Positions 29,770-42,100 are shown, counted from the first letter of the stretch. The stretch is DNA of 64,000 nucleotides from Thermoanaerobaculia bacterium (GCA_044226625.1 JBGAGQ010000018.1:33616-97615); one strand, 5' to 3'. The notes: generated by a model not told the origin, from the letters alone. A program made the numbers and translations.

Positions 29770-30749
29770 GCGCCGCCAGCTCCCAGACTTACCTCGAGGC
29801 GATCCGCCAGGGGATGTGGGATGAGATGGTCCAGGACGAGCGGGTCTTCCTGCTCGGCCAGGACGTCGGCACGTACGGCGGCGCGTTCCGCGTCACCGCG
29901 GGCTTCCTCGACCATTTCGGCCCGAAGCGCGTGATCGACACGCCGATCTCGGAATCGGCCATGGTCGGCGCGGCGATCGGCGCCGCGATGATGGGTCTTC
30001 GGCCGATCGTCGAGATGCAGTTCATCGACTTCATCTCCTGCGCCTTCAACCAGATCGTCAACTTCGCCGCGACCTGCCGCTACCGCTGGGGACAGAACGT
30101 GCCGATCGTCGTCCGCGGTCCCTCGGGCGGCAACGTGCACGGCTCGGCGTTCCACAGCCAGAACCCGGAGAGCTATTTCCAGCACACTCCCGGTTTGAAG
30201 GTGGTGGCACCCGCGACCGCGGTCGACGCCAAGGGGCTGATCCGCGCGGCGATCCGCGATCCGAATCCGGTGCTCTTCTTCGAGCACAAGTACCTCTACC
30301 GCCGGATCAAGGAAGAGGTCCCCGACGGCGACTGGATCGTGCCGATCGGCAAGGCTCGCCTCGCGCGGGTGGGCCGCGACCTGTCGATCGTCACCTACGG
30401 TGCTATGCTCCACGTCGCCCTGGAGGCGGCGGCGCGGCTCGAGACCGAAGGAATCGAGGTGGAGGTCCTCGACCTGCGGACGATCAAGCCGCTCGACCAG
30501 GACGCGATCCTCGCCTCCGTCCGGAAGACGAACCGCGCGCTGGTTTTGACCGAGGAACAGACGACCGGTTCGGTCGCGGGCGACGTCGCGGCGCGGATCG
30601 GCGAGCTGGCGTTTTCGTCGCTCGACGCCCCGGTCACCCGCTTCTGCTGCCCGGACACCCCGGTGCCGTATAGCCCGACGATGGAAGAATTCTACCTGCC
30701 CAACGCCGACAAGCTGGTCGCGAAAGTCCGCGACCTGCTCCGGTATTAG
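29766..30749 (+). CDS. 2-oxoacid dehydrogenase E1 beta subunit
   Basis: 'DTPISE', 'EMQFIDF', 'HSQNPE', 'FEHK', 'DLRTIKPLD'. Confidence 0.95.
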   Translation: MSAASSQTYLEAIRQGMWDEMVQDERVFLLGQDVGTYGGAFRVTAGFLDHFGPKRVIDTPISESAMVGAAIGAAMMGLRPIVEMQFIDFISCAFNQIVNFAATCRYRWGQNVPIVVRGPSGGNVHGSAFHSQNPESYFQHTPGLKVVAPATAVDAKGLIRAAIRDPNPVLFFEHKYLYRRIKEEVPDGDWIVPIGKARLARVGRDLSIVTYGAMLHVALEAAARLETEGIEVEVLDLRTIKPLDQDAILASVRKTNRALVLTEEQTTGSVAGDVAARIGELAFSSLDAPVTRFCCPDTPVPYSPTMEEFYLPNADKLVAKVRDLLRY

Positions 30750-30771
30750 AGCGTTCAGACCACGGAGAAGG

Positions 30772-32175
30772 ATGATGGCAACCGAAGTCGTAATGCCCCA
30801 GATGGGCGAGTCGATCGCCGAGGGAACGATCACCAAGTGGTTGGTCAAGGTCGGCGACAAGGTCGAGCGCGACCAGCCGCTGTTCGAGATTTCGACCGAC
30901 AAGGTCGACGCCGAGATTCCGAGCCCGGCCTCCGGCGTGCTCACCGAGGTCCGCCACCAGGAAGGCGAGACGGTCGCGGTCAACAAAGTGGTCGCCATGA
31001 TCGGCGACGCCGGCTCTGCCCCGGCCTCCGCTCCCGCCGCGGCCACTGCCGCTCCGGCCCCCGCACCGGCTGCGGCGGCTCCGACGCCCGCGCCCGCCGC
31101 TCCCGCACCGGCCGCCGCCGCGCCGGCCCCGGCCGCTCCTGCGCCTCCGGCGCCGAGCGGCGCGACCTCCGAGGAAGAGCGCCTGCGGAAGTTCTCGAGC
31201 CCGCTCGTCCGCAACATCGCCGCGCAGGAGGGGATCGATCTCGCGACTCTTTCCGGCACCGGCTCTCACGGCCGCGTGACGAAGGACGACATCCTCTCCG
31301 CGGTCGAGGCGAAGAAGACGGGAGCGCCGGCTCCGGCTCCTGCGGCCGCCCCGGCTGCCGCCCCCGCCGCCGCGGCGCCGACACCGCCGGCTTCCGCTCC
31401 CGCGCCCGCGCAGCGGCCGACCGGCGGATTCTCGGTCGCGGCCTACGGTCCGAACGAGAACGTCGAGATCGAGCCGATGTCGAAGATCCGTCAGATCACG
31501 GCGGCACACATGGTCTATTCGAAGGCCACTTCGGCGCACGTGACGACGGTGTTCCACATCGACTTCTCGAAGATCGCGAAGATCCGCGCCCGTGCCAAGG
31601 ACGGCTTCTATAAGAAGGAGGGGACCAAGCTCACCTTCATGCCGTTCATCTTCAAGGCGGTGGTCAACGGTCTCAAGGCCTACAAGCAGGTCAACGCCTC
31701 GATCGACGGCACCAACATCGTCTACAAGAAGGACATCAACCTCGGCATGGCGGTCGACCTCGGCCACGGCCTGATCGTCCCCGTGATCAAGCAGGCCGAC
31801 CAGCTTTCGCTCGTCGGTCTCGCGAAGACCGCGAACGACCTCGCCGACCGCGCCCGGACGAAGAAGCTCAAGCCGGAAGAGGCCTCGGGCGGTACCTTCA
31901 CGATCACCAACCCGGGCGTCTTCGGCAGCCTGTTCGGCACCCCGGTGATCAACCAGCCGCAGGTCGCGATCCTGGGCGTCGGCGCGATCGAAAAGCGCCC
32001 GATCGTCGTCACCGACGAGGACGGCAACGACAACCTCGCGATCAAGACCATGTGCTACCTCGCGATCACCTACGACCACCGCTTGGTCGACGGCGCCGAC
32101 GCCGACCGCTTCATGCTGGAGATCAAGCGCACCCTCGAAGAAGACACCTGGGGCGATCTCGAGCCGTACTACTGA
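30772..32175 (+). CDS. Dihydrolipoamide acyltransferase (E2), single lipoyl domain
   Basis: STDKVDAEIP lipoyl motif, Ala/Pro linkers, E3-binding 'GTGSHGRVTKDD', catalytic DHRLVDG. Confidence 0.95.
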   Translation: MMATEVVMPQMGESIAEGTITKWLVKVGDKVERDQPLFEISTDKVDAEIPSPASGVLTEVRHQEGETVAVNKVVAMIGDAGSAPASAPAAATAAPAPAPAAAAPTPAPAAPAPAAAAPAPAAPAPPAPSGATSEEERLRKFSSPLVRNIAAQEGIDLATLSGTGSHGRVTKDDILSAVEAKKTGAPAPAPAAAPAAAPAAAAPTPPASAPAPAQRPTGGFSVAAYGPNENVEIEPMSKIRQITAAHMVYSKATSAHVTTVFHIDFSKIAKIRARAKDGFYKKEGTKLTFMPFIFKAVVNGLKAYKQVNASIDGTNIVYKKDINLGMAVDLGHGLIVPVIKQADQLSLVGLAKTANDLADRARTKKLKPEEASGGTFTITNPGVFGSLFGTPVINQPQVAILGVGAIEKRPIVVTDEDGNDNLAIKTMCYLAITYDHRLVDGADADRFMLEIKRTLEEDTWGDLEPYY

Positions 32176-32200
32176 TTCGAGAGGTAGGTTGGGAACTTCG

Positions 32201-32228
32201 AAGGCCCGGCGGAAGCCGGGCCTTTTTC
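32201..32228 (+). terminator. Rho-independent terminator of the dehydrogenase operon
   Basis: AAGGCCCGGC-GGAA-GCCGGGCCTT followed by a T-tract. Confidence 0.85.
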
Positions 32229-32398
32229 GTTCGTGCGCCTCTCCTCGAGGCTGGCGAACCCCTCGGTCGCCCTCTCGGCATGTGCCATCCAGAAGGCCTT
32301 TCGAAGCCACCTGAACAGGGTGGAGCGCTCCTACCTGTTGAGGCGTTTCGGCAATCGCTCGACATGTGCAGTCTGGGTTCGATGGAAAGGAGAGCGCC

Positions 32399-34342
32399 AT
32401 GTCGAGATCCTCCCTTCTTCGCTCGCTGCTCCTCGGTTCGTTCTTCCTTCTTCCTTCGATTCCCGCTTCCGCTCAGGCGACGCCGATCGGAGACGAATTT
32501 CCCATCTGCCCTGGGGTCGCACGTTGCAGCGAGAATTATTCCTGCTCGATTACCCATGTCAGGGCTTTGCCGACGGGGCTCTTTTCCGTTGGGCTCTGGC
32601 AGTCGTATCAACAGGGTGACGACGAATGGTGTGGGAACCACGTGCGCAGCACGTGGGTCTCCCTGCTCGATGAGGCGGGAACGATCGCCGGTGGCTGCGG
32701 CGGCGCGGGAGGGAGCCGCGAATCCGACAGGTATCCGGACGAGGCCTATCCCAGCGGCAATGCGCGCGGCGCGGTCGTGGTCGTTTGGTCGGAGCTCGAT
32801 TACGACACGACCTACGTCTGGTTGGATCGCTGCGGTCCGGGGTGGGGAATCGGAGATCCGATCCTGATCGATTCTCCGGTGAGCGCGTCGTCGCCGAGCG
32901 CGGCGATCAACGCGCTCGGCCAGACGGTGCTCGCCTGGACCGGATGTGATTCGTGCCCGGTCTCCTACCTGCCGAACGGAGTATGGGTGCAGGCGCTGGG
33001 CATCGCCATGCGGCCGGCCACTCCGGTCCTTCGCCTCCTGCTCAAACCGGATTCCGGTTACGTCGGCCAACCTGCGATCGCGATCGATCCGGTCGGACGT
33101 TTCACCGTGGTCTGGCCGGAAAGCCGAACTCGCTGGGATGTTTCCGAGGTGGTCCGCGGCCAGCCCTTCGGGCGCGACGGCCGAATCCTGGGGCCCACGT
33201 TCGAGATCGACGAAGCGAGTTTCCCGGCGGCCTATCTACTTCGAGAGGACGGGAGTTTGGCAATCGTATGGCGGACGCAAGTGCCCTCGTCCGGTGAGAA
33301 CATCCTTTGGCTGAGAACCTATGATTCGGCGGGCCGACCGCTGTCACCTCGAGTCGTGGTGACTCGAAGGGCATCGCTCGAGACCTCGCCATGGATTGCC
33401 GCGGACCGCCGGGGGAACTTGGGAGTGCTCTGGCAGGAGTCCGCGCAGGGCTTGAGCCGATTGTTCAACCGCGAGCTCGTCGCCCAGGGAGGAGCTTTCG
33501 CCGTCGGACCGCCTGGCACCGGAGCCGAAGGAATCGCCCTCTCGGACACCGGCGGGTTGTTTACGACCCACGGGACCCTCGTCCCTGGCCCCTATCATTC
33601 TGCCTCCTATCCGATCGCCCGGTTCTGGCATGCCCGGCACGAGGAGGACGCCTGCGTGGTGCGGGATGGAGTCTTTTCCTGCGACACGGCGAACGACGGC
33701 GGCGAAGGCGAGCTACGGATCGTTTTCTCCGGCGGACTTTCCACTCCCGTCCCGCTCTTGGGCGATTGGGATGGTGACGGTCGAGCCGATCCGTGCGTCT
33801 ACGGCAAGGGGCGCTTCCTTTGCGATACCAGCCATGAAGGCAATGCAGGATCGGTTTCATCCAGCGGCCAGGTCGGCAAAGCTGGCGATCGTCCCCTCCT
33901 CGGCGACCTGAACGGCGATGGCAGGGCAGACCCGTGCGTACGCCGGGCCGCGGATTTCCTTTGTGATCTCGCGCGCGACGGCGGGCCGAAAGACCTCCGA
34001 ATTGTCTTCGGGCGGCCGACGGATACGCCGCTGCTCGGAGATCTCGATGGCGACGGCCGTGACGACCCCTGTATCTTGCGCGGCGGCTTCCTACTCTGCG
34101 ACGCGGCTCACGATGGGAACCAGGCGGAGCTCCGCTTCGACCTTCGGCCGCTGGCGGCGGCAGGGCCGACGCTCCTCGGGGACGTCGACGGGGACCGCCG
34201 GGACGACGCCTGCCGGTACACCGGTTCGAAGTTCATCTGCGGCATCTTCCCGCCGCGAGGCGGAGCGCCAACCGGGACGATCGAGCTCAATTACGGCCGA
34301 CCCGGCGACGTGCCGTTGCTCGGCGACCTGGACGCCTTCTGA
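32399..34342 (+). CDS. Secreted protein with C-terminal FG-GAP/VCBS-like repeats
   Basis: AAAGGAG SD and signal peptide. Repeats LLGD[WLV][DN]GD.R.D.C...F.CD four times plus a terminal partial copy. Confidence 0.8.
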   Translation: MSRSSLLRSLLLGSFFLLPSIPASAQATPIGDEFPICPGVARCSENYSCSITHVRALPTGLFSVGLWQSYQQGDDEWCGNHVRSTWVSLLDEAGTIAGGCGGAGGSRESDRYPDEAYPSGNARGAVVVVWSELDYDTTYVWLDRCGPGWGIGDPILIDSPVSASSPSAAINALGQTVLAWTGCDSCPVSYLPNGVWVQALGIAMRPATPVLRLLLKPDSGYVGQPAIAIDPVGRFTVVWPESRTRWDVSEVVRGQPFGRDGRILGPTFEIDEASFPAAYLLREDGSLAIVWRTQVPSSGENILWLRTYDSAGRPLSPRVVVTRRASLETSPWIAADRRGNLGVLWQESAQGLSRLFNRELVAQGGAFAVGPPGTGAEGIALSDTGGLFTTHGTLVPGPYHSASYPIARFWHARHEEDACVVRDGVFSCDTANDGGEGELRIVFSGGLSTPVPLLGDWDGDGRADPCVYGKGRFLCDTSHEGNAGSVSSSGQVGKAGDRPLLGDLNGDGRADPCVRRAADFLCDLARDGGPKDLRIVFGRPTDTPLLGDLDGDGRDDPCILRGGFLLCDAAHDGNQAELRFDLRPLAAAGPTLLGDVDGDRRDDACRYTGSKFICGIFPPRGGAPTGTIELNYGRPGDVPLLGDLDAF

Positions 34343-34391
34343 GGACTGGGAAGCTGCTATCAGCGACAAGGAAACCGCTCAACCACCCTTG

Positions 34392-35174
34392 CTAATCCTC
34401 GGTGAAGACCTCACTTGCCGTCGCCGCTGTGGCGGCCTGTGCGAGGTGTCGGCGCAACGCTTCCGGACCGTCGACCGACGCGAGCCGGGCGCGTAGAGCG
34501 TCGTCGGCCAACAAGCCGCGGGCCTGGAGCACGTCGAGGATCGCTTGGCGCAAGGCCTGCTGCTGGCCTTCTTGCCGCCCTTCGCCGCGCACCTCGTCGA
34601 GGTCGCGGTAGCCCTGGCGCTCCAGAAGATTCCGGAAAGTGACGGCGTGGGCGGCCTCCCTGTCGTACAGGGCGGTCACCGGAACGGGATTGCGCAGGAT
34701 TCCCGGCGCCGTGAGCTCTTCGCCGGGGCGGACGATGCGGCGCTCCTGCCCGTTCTCGAAGACCTCGACCCGCCGCGGGCCGGTCAGGTGGACCACCCAG
34801 ACGATCTGGGTGCCGGCCGCGAGAAGCTCGGAGATCTTGAGATCGAGCTCTTTCGGATCTTGTCCCGTGTCGGCGTATTCCACGGCAAGCGGGGGCGCCC
34901 CCTGAACCCAACCGGGGGTATCCGGCACATTGCCGACGGCCACGTCGGGCGCGCGCAACGTGTCGGAGGAGGGGGAGTAGCCGGTGTCGATCCCCGCCTC
35001 CTCGACCTGCGGATCGCTATCGAGCACCGAGCCGCCGAGAAGGTTCGCACGCGATCCGCGCCCGCCGGTGGTCATGCAATGGATGGCGTGACCGTTCGAC
35101 AGCTCGTAGGGATCCCCCGAGCGGATCTGGTCGGCCCGAAAAGGACCCTTGGACGTCGGTAGGGGGCGGCTCAT
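34392..35174 (-). CDS. Uma2 (DUF820) family putative endonuclease with C-terminal helical tail
   Basis: 'YELSNG', 'RAPDVAV', 'PPLAVE', 'LAAGTQIVWVV'. Tail 'EGRQEG...AILDVLQARG'. Confidence 0.85.
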   Translation of the reverse strand: MSRPLPTSKGPFRADQIRSGDPYELSNGHAIHCMTTGGRGSRANLLGGSVLDSDPQVEEAGIDTGYSPSSDTLRAPDVAVGNVPDTPGWVQGAPPLAVEYADTGQDPKELDLKISELLAAGTQIVWVVHLTGPRRVEVFENGQERRIVRPGEELTAPGILRNPVPVTALYDREAAHAVTFRNLLERQGYRDLDEVRGEGRQEGQQQALRQAILDVLQARGLLADDALRARLASVDGPEALRRHLAQAATAATASEVFTED

Positions 35175-35247
35175 CGAAATTGAGTATAGCGCCGGGAGGC
35201 GAGACCCACCGAAACCGCTCCCGTCGATTCGGGGATAGATTGCCGGC

Positions 35248-35835
35248 GTGCCGGAGAATCCACCAGGTGTGAGCCGTCGAATCGTCCTCGTCCGACATGC
35301 CTCTTCAGCGCACGTGCATGCCGGGTGGATCGACTCTTCCGGTTTCCGCGCTTGGCGGCAAGCCTACGAAGCCGCCGGCATCCGCGAAGGGGAGCGGGCT
35401 CCCGCGGAGTTAGTGGCGCTCGCGCGCCGTGCCGATCTGATCGTCGCGAGCGATGCCCCGCGGGCGATCGAGACGGCTCGCTTGCTCGCTCCCGATCGGG
35501 AAATTGCGGTCTTGCCTTTCTTTCGCGAATTGGACCTCGACGGGCCCAACCTCGGGCGTCTTCGACTCCCGCTCGCTGGCTGGGCGGTCGCGGTCGGTGC
35601 TCGGATTCTCGTCCGGACGCTGCGCCGTCAACCGATTTCCGAGGGGGAGGTGGCTCGAATCGAAGCGGCGGCCTGCTGGCTGGAGGAGCGCACCGCGGAG
35701 CGCTCCTTGATCCTTGCCGTCACGCACGCATCGTTTCGAGGCCGGCTGGCCGGTCGACTGATCGAGAACCGCTGGTCACCCGTTCCGGGACGACGATCAC
35801 TGCGGCCCTGGAGCGCTTGGGAGTTCGAGCGCTGA
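35248..35835 (+). CDS. Histidine phosphatase (PGM-like) family protein
   Basis: 'IVLVRHA', 'ASDAPRAIETA', 'FRE', 'AVTH'. Start is 35248 or 35269. Confidence 0.78.
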   Translation: MPENPPGVSRRIVLVRHASSAHVHAGWIDSSGFRAWRQAYEAAGIREGERAPAELVALARRADLIVASDAPRAIETARLLAPDREIAVLPFFRELDLDGPNLGRLRLPLAGWAVAVGARILVRTLRRQPISEGEVARIEAAACWLEERTAERSLILAVTHASFRGRLAGRLIENRWSPVPGRRSLRPWSAWEFER

Positions 35836-36045
35836 AATCTGCGCGCATTCCGGGCCGTCCGAGAAGATATTCGGACGATCCGGGAAGTCTCTACGGTCGA
35901 CCGAGAGTTGTCTCGGAGAAGTAGCCGGGTTCGTTCTCCGGAGTACGCAGGAAATCGCGGTCTGCCGAGGCCGGCGCGCTCTCGCGAAACGAGAGCGGTG
36001 GCCTTATTGGTTTTTGGACGAGGCTGCAAATTTCGTCCGGAAAGC

Positions 36046-36083
36046 AAACGCGCCCGCCGGTTGCCAACCCGGCGGGCGCGTTT
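36046..36083. terminator. Probable bidirectional terminator between convergent genes
   Basis: AAACGCGCCCGCCGG-loop-CCGGCGGGCGCGTTT. Confidence 0.75.
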
Positions 36084-36123
36084 CGTTGGGGTGAATCGGG
36101 AGACGGCGCTCGGCCGCTCCGGC

Positions 36124-39100
36124 TTACTTCACTTCGAACTCCATCAGCGAGACCGGCGTGGTGGAGGCCGAGTTGCTGTTGTTCGCCATGTTCGGATCGC
36201 CTTCGGTGCCGGTCACCATCGCCGTGTTCGAAACCAGCCCGCCCACGACCTTCGTCACGGTCACGTCGATCGTCGCGCTGCTACCGCCGAGGAGCGTGCC
36301 GAGGTTGCAGGTGATCGTCGAGGTGCCCGTGCAGGTGCCCTGGCTCGGCACCGCCGAGGTGAGGAGCGTCACGCCGGCCGGCAGGGTATCGACGACCGTC
36401 ACGCCCGTCGCCGAGCTGGTGCTCAGGTTCGAGACCAGGATCTCGTAGTTGAACGTCAGAGTCGCCGCCACCGGTTCCTGGGTCGCGATCTTGGTGAGCG
36501 ACAGATCGACCAACGTCGCGGACGGGTTCAGGACGACGCTCGCCGCGTCGTTGCCCGAGACGACGTCCTGCTCGGACGATGCCGTCTTGCTGAACGTCTG
36601 GATCACGGTCGTCGCGACCGTATTGGTCATCGTGAGAGACATCGTGGCGGTCGCCCCCGAAGCGAGGGTGCCGACGCTCCACGAGCCGGTGCCCGGCGTG
36701 TAACTGCCCTGCGACGGGGCCGAGCCGACGAAGGTCAATCCCGCCGGCAGGTTGCTCGTGAGGACCACGCCGTTCGCCGTCGAAGGACCGGCGTTCTTCG
36801 CCGTCACGGTGAAGACGACGTTCTGGCTGACGGTCGGGGTGTTGTTGTTGACCGTGAGCCCGGTTTGAATGTCGATCAACGGGGCGCCGTTGATCCGCAC
36901 CGCCGCGACGTTGTTGTTCCCCTTCGTGTCGACCTGTCCCTGACCGGAAGAGGTCGCCTGGTTCACCATCGACTGCGCGCGGGTGACCGTCGCGGTGATC
37001 GCGAGCGTCGCCGACGCACCGTTGGCGAGCGAGCCGACGGTCCACAGGCCGGTCGCGTTCGAGTAGCTGCCGACCGACGGGGCCGCCGAGACGAACGACA
37101 GACCCGTCGGTAACAGGTCGTTGACCTTCACCGACGAGGCGTTCGACGGACCGTTGTTGGTGGCGGTAACGGTGAAGACCACGTTGCTGCCGAGCGTAGG
37201 CGTCGCGTTGCTGACGCTCTTGCTGATCGCGACGTCGGACGAGGCGACCAGCGTGTCGGTATCCGTCGCGCTGTTGTTGCCCGGGTTCGGATCGGTGATG
37301 CCCACGGCAGCCGTCACGGTCGCGGTGTTCGAGAGCGAGCCGGTCGCCGAAGACGAGATCGAGCAGACCGCGGTGTAGGTGGCCGAGCCCCCTACGGGGA
37401 CGTTCGCCGAATCGTTGATGTTTCCGGAGCCCGACGCGGTGCAGGTTCCGCCGCCCGCGCCGGCGCAGGTCCAATTGCAGGTGAGCGAAGCCGGGAAGGT
37501 ATCGGCCACGGTCGCCGTGGCGTTCGACGGCCCGGAGTTCGAGGCGACGATGGTGTAGGTGGTGCTGCCTCCCGGAGTCGCCATGGTCACGCCATCGGAC
37601 TTCGTGATCGCGAGGTCGGCCATCGGGCTGAGCGTGTCGGTGTCGGTGGCGCTGTTGTTACCGGGGTTCGGATCGGTCGCGCCTCCGGTCACGGTCGCCG
37701 TGTTCGAAAGCGTGCCGGTTGCCGCGGGCGAGATCGTGCAGGAGGCGGTGTAAGTGACCGAGCCGCCAACGGGCAGATTGGTCGAATCGTTGATGTTTCC
37801 GGAGCCCGACGCCGTGCAAGTTCCGCCGCCCGCGCCGACGCAGGTCCAGCTGCAGGTGAGCGAAGCCGGGAACGTGTCGGCCACCGTCGGGGTGTTGTTC
37901 GACGGGCCGGCGTTGCTGGCGGTGATGGTGTAGGTGACGCTGCCTCCCGGGGTCGCGGTGGTCACGCCGTCGGTCTTGGTGATCGCGGAGTCGGCCATCG
38001 GCGTCAAGGTGTCGGTATCCGTCGCGCTGTTGTTCACCGGGCTCGGATCGCCCGCGACTCCGGAGACCGTCGCGGTGTTCGACAGCGTGCCGGTCGCGGA
38101 GGCGGAGATGGTGCACGAAGCGGTATAGGTGACCGATCCGCCCGCCGGCAGCGTTGCGGAGTCGCTGATGTTGCCGGAACCGGCGGCCGTGCAGGTGCCG
38201 CCGCCCGCGCCGACGCAAGTCCAGGTGCAGGTAAGGACCGCCGGGAACGTATCGGCGACCGTGCCGGTGGTGCTGCCCGGTCCGGCGTTGCTGGCGGTGA
38301 TGGTGTAGGTGACGCTGCCTCCCGGAGTGGCGGTGGTCACGCCGTCAGTTTTGGTGATCGACAGATCGGCCACCACTTCGTCCGCGCCGATCGACGGCGC
38401 GGTCGCCGAACGGGTTTCGTTGTCGATGTCGTCGGTGACCCCGGCGATCGGAACGCCGCCCGTGGCGAGCGGGCTCGTGGGAGTGAGGTGTAGGTCGTTC
38501 GAGGTCGCGAACGGAACCGCGGCCGTCGAGGCCTGCGACGCGTTGTCGTTGGTCCCGGCGCCGGAAAGGGTACTGGTATAGGCCGCCAGAGCGGGGAGCG
38601 TGGTGAAGAAGTTCGTTCCCGCGGTCGTTCCCGCCTGTCCCACCCCCTGCCTCGCCACGTCGGTGCCGAAGAAGTAGGCGTTGTTGTTCCAGGTGAGGTT
38701 CATCGCCGAGGTTCCGCCCGAGGGGAGGTACGCCGCAACGTGCGCGATCGAGGTCGTGCCGCCGGTGATGTTGTTGGCGAAGATGTTGTCGCGGACGTCC
38801 ATGCCGGTCGAGGTGGTCGCAACGATGCCGAACGCCGCCGTGAGCAGGCTGGTGGCCGCCGTACCGGGGAGCGCGCCGTAGAGGTTCACCGAGTTGTTGT
38901 AGATCTTGTGCCCGGTACCTGCTCCGACGCGAATGCCGAAGACGCCGAACGTGGTCGAGAACGCGGCGCCGCCGGTCATGTTGAAGCTGACGTTGCTCAC
39001 GAAGTTGTTCTTGACCGTGACGTTGTTGCCACCGCTGATGTCGAGACCGTACGCGGGGAAGGTGCCGGTGCTGGTGTTGATGATTCCTTGGACGTTGTTC

Positions 39101-42100
39101 TTCTGGATCGTGAGATCCGAGGTGGTGCCGGCGACCACGATGCCGCGAGCCACGGAGCCCGAGCTGCCGCCGTTGGTCGAAATGTCGGAGACGTTGTTGC
39201 CCGTGACGTTGTTGTTGGTGTTCGCCAGCGTACTCGTCACGTTGATGCCGATCGCACCGAAAGCGCCGGTACCGGTGTAGCCGATCCCGGAGACCGTATT
39301 TCCGGAAACGGTCGCGTTGATCGTGCCGGTCGCGAGCCAGATTCCGACGTCGGTCTCGTCGTTCGCCTTGTCGATGTTGCCGACCTGGTTGTTCGTGACC
39401 GTGGCGCCGTTGACCCCCTGCATGTAGAGCGCGACATCGCGGACGGCGTTGGCGCCGCTCGTATTCACCTTGTTTCCGGTGTAGACGAGGTTCGAGCCCC
39501 CCTGCGGGGTCGTGCCGCCGGTCGCGAACACGCCGACGAAGGCCTTCTGGATGTCGTTGTTCTGGATTGTGATGTTCGAGAACTGACCGGCGTTGCCAAG
39601 CGTGGTCGCGTCCGAGATGACGACCGCCGAGCTCGTGTTGGCGCCGTTGATCACGATGCAGTTCCTGAGCGTGTCGTTGCTCACCGGGGTTGCGCCGACC
39701 GAGCCGAACAGGATGACGCTCGGCGAAGTGACGCTCGTGTTGGTGATCGTCAGGCTTCGGTCCGTGCCGGTACCGTTGATCGAGCCGTCGATGGTCACCC
39801 GGCTCGCGCCGTTCATTCGGATCAGGGCGCCGTTGAACGCACCGGTGATCGCCCGGGCCACTCCGGTCGGGTACATCTTCACCGTGAAGTTGCTGCCCGC
39901 CGGTTCCTCGGAGAGCGCGTTCAGGCCGTTCGTACCGTCTTCGCCGACCACCAGGTCGCCGGCGATCTGGATCTCGGCGTTGCCGGTGAAGACACCGTCG
40001 TTGAACGCCTTGAAGATGCCGGTGGCGCCGGTGAGGGTCGCAAAGTCGCAACCGGAGGCGCAGACGGTCTTGATGCCGGCGATCGGCGCCGCGATCAGAT
40101 AGCTGTTCGGGGTCGTCGGCGGGGTCGCGGCCGCCGGGGGATTGGCCGTGTAACCCGCGGCGCCGGAACCCGGGTTCGCGACGACGTTCGGAGTCGGCGC
40201 GCCGTCCTGGGCGACCACGTAGTACTGGATCGTGTCGCCGAGGGCGACACTGCCGCCGGTGACCAGGGAGTAGTCGATCGTGAAGTTGTAGATGCCGCCG
40301 CCGCCGGAAGACCCTTGGGCGGAGGCGAACGCGCCGACGTTGCCCTTACGGTAATAGATCACCGGCGAGCCGATTCCGGTAATTGGCACGCCGCTGCCCG
40401 CGTCGGAGATCGTCGCGGTAAACGGCCGGTTCGAGGTGCTGGTCGTGTTGCCGAGCGGCGCGTAGGCGATGATCGGCGGCGCGAGGTCGACGCCGTTGAA
40501 GTTTCCAGCGTCCGCGCCGATGTCGACCGGCGTCAATCCGCTCCGAGTCTGGCCGTCGAAGTCGTCCGTGACGCCGACGTCCTGACCGTTTGATTCGATC
40601 ACCGTTGGGTTGGTCGGGTGAATGTGTAGGTCGGGCGTCGCGTTGGTCGGATCGTTGTAGGCGGGGTCGCCTTCAATGCTCGCGGCATCCTGGCCGACGG
40701 CGGCTTTCCACGCGGCGAGGTTCGCTACGTCGAGCGAGTTGAAGAAGCCGAAGACGGCGCCCGTGCCGTTCGCGAAATAGACGTTGTTGTTGATCGTGAG
40801 GCCCGTCGGATTCGGCGTCGTGCCGTTGATCTTGACCGCGTAGTGCTTGCCGGTGGCGCCCGCGTTGCTCCGCGCGTTCATGAACACGTTGTCACGGAAG
40901 CTCCGGACGTTGACCGTCTGGGTGCCGTTGAAGGCGTATGAGGCGCCCGTGCCCGCCGTCGGCGCGCCACCGATGTAGACGCTGTTGTGGAAGAAGCTGT
41001 CGGTGCCCAGGGCTTCGTTGATGCCGTTGACGCCGGTGGTGCCGGAATTGGTCGCCGCCGCGCCGATCGCGTTGGCGATGCCGGCCCCGATCGCGATCAT
41101 GTTGTTGCGATAGATGGTGGTGCCGCCCGCGACCCGAATGCCGTTCACCTCGGCCGTGGCGCTGTTGGTCGCCGTGGTCAGGCCGTAGATCAGGTTGCGC
41201 TGGACGACGTTCGCCGTCGAACCGGTAAATTGGATGCCGGTGACGATCGTCGCGGCCGTCGTGTTGGAGTTGGTCAGGTTGAAGATGGTGTTCTGCGACA
41301 ACGTGTGGTTCGGCGTCGTCGTCGTGACCGACATGCCGATGACCGAGGCGGCGGTGGTGGTCCCCGTCCCGTTGTTGTTCGTCAGGTTGCGAACGGTGTT
41401 CGAGGTCCAGACGGCGGCGGCATTGGCGGTGATCATGCCGATCACCTGCGACGCGGTACCCGTCGAGGTGAGTTGCAGCGAGTTGGCGACCGTGCCGCCG
41501 ACCAGGTTCGAGGTCGCGGTCCAGCTCTTGGCGGTCGAGGTGTTCGCGCGCATGCCGAAGAGAATCTGGGTGCCGGACGCCGCGGCGTTCGTCACCGAAA
41601 TGCCGCCCACGCTGTTGCCGGTCGCCGTCCAGTCGTCGACGGAGAAGTTGTAGATGCCGATCGAGTCCGTCGCGGTCGTGGAGTTGGTCGAGAAGGTGAG
41701 CGAACCGGTCGCGGTCTGGCTGCCGACCGTGTTGTTGTTCGAATTGACGAGGCCGTTGGTGAGCAGGATCCCGATCATAGGGCTCCCTGTGCTGGTACCG
41801 TTCGAGGTGACGCCGGTGAGGCTCACCGAGGCGACGGTGTTGTTGCTCACGGTCGTGAGCAAGCCGCCGGTGATGCCGTTGTAGACGATGCCCTGGAATT
41901 TACCCGTAGAGCCGGTCAGGGTGTACACGCCGGTTTGCGTGTTCGAAGCGAAGCCGACGATGTTGCCGGTGATGGTGCAGCCTTGGGCGCCGCTCGTCGC
42001 GGTCGAGTTGCCGAAGTTGATCCCGTTGTGGATCGCGCCCGTGGTCCAGGTGCGGGAGGCCGTCTGGTAGAAACGGTTGTTCGTGATCGACCAGGCGTTG

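Noticed and set aside
31010-31410. GC-rich short repeats within E2
   Set aside because: They encode the normal Ala/Pro flexible linkers of dihydrolipoamide acyltransferases.
34392-35174. Uma2 gene as a defence system or mobile element
   Set aside because: It is a solitary member of a commonly expanded family, with no methylase, partner gene or terminal repeats nearby.
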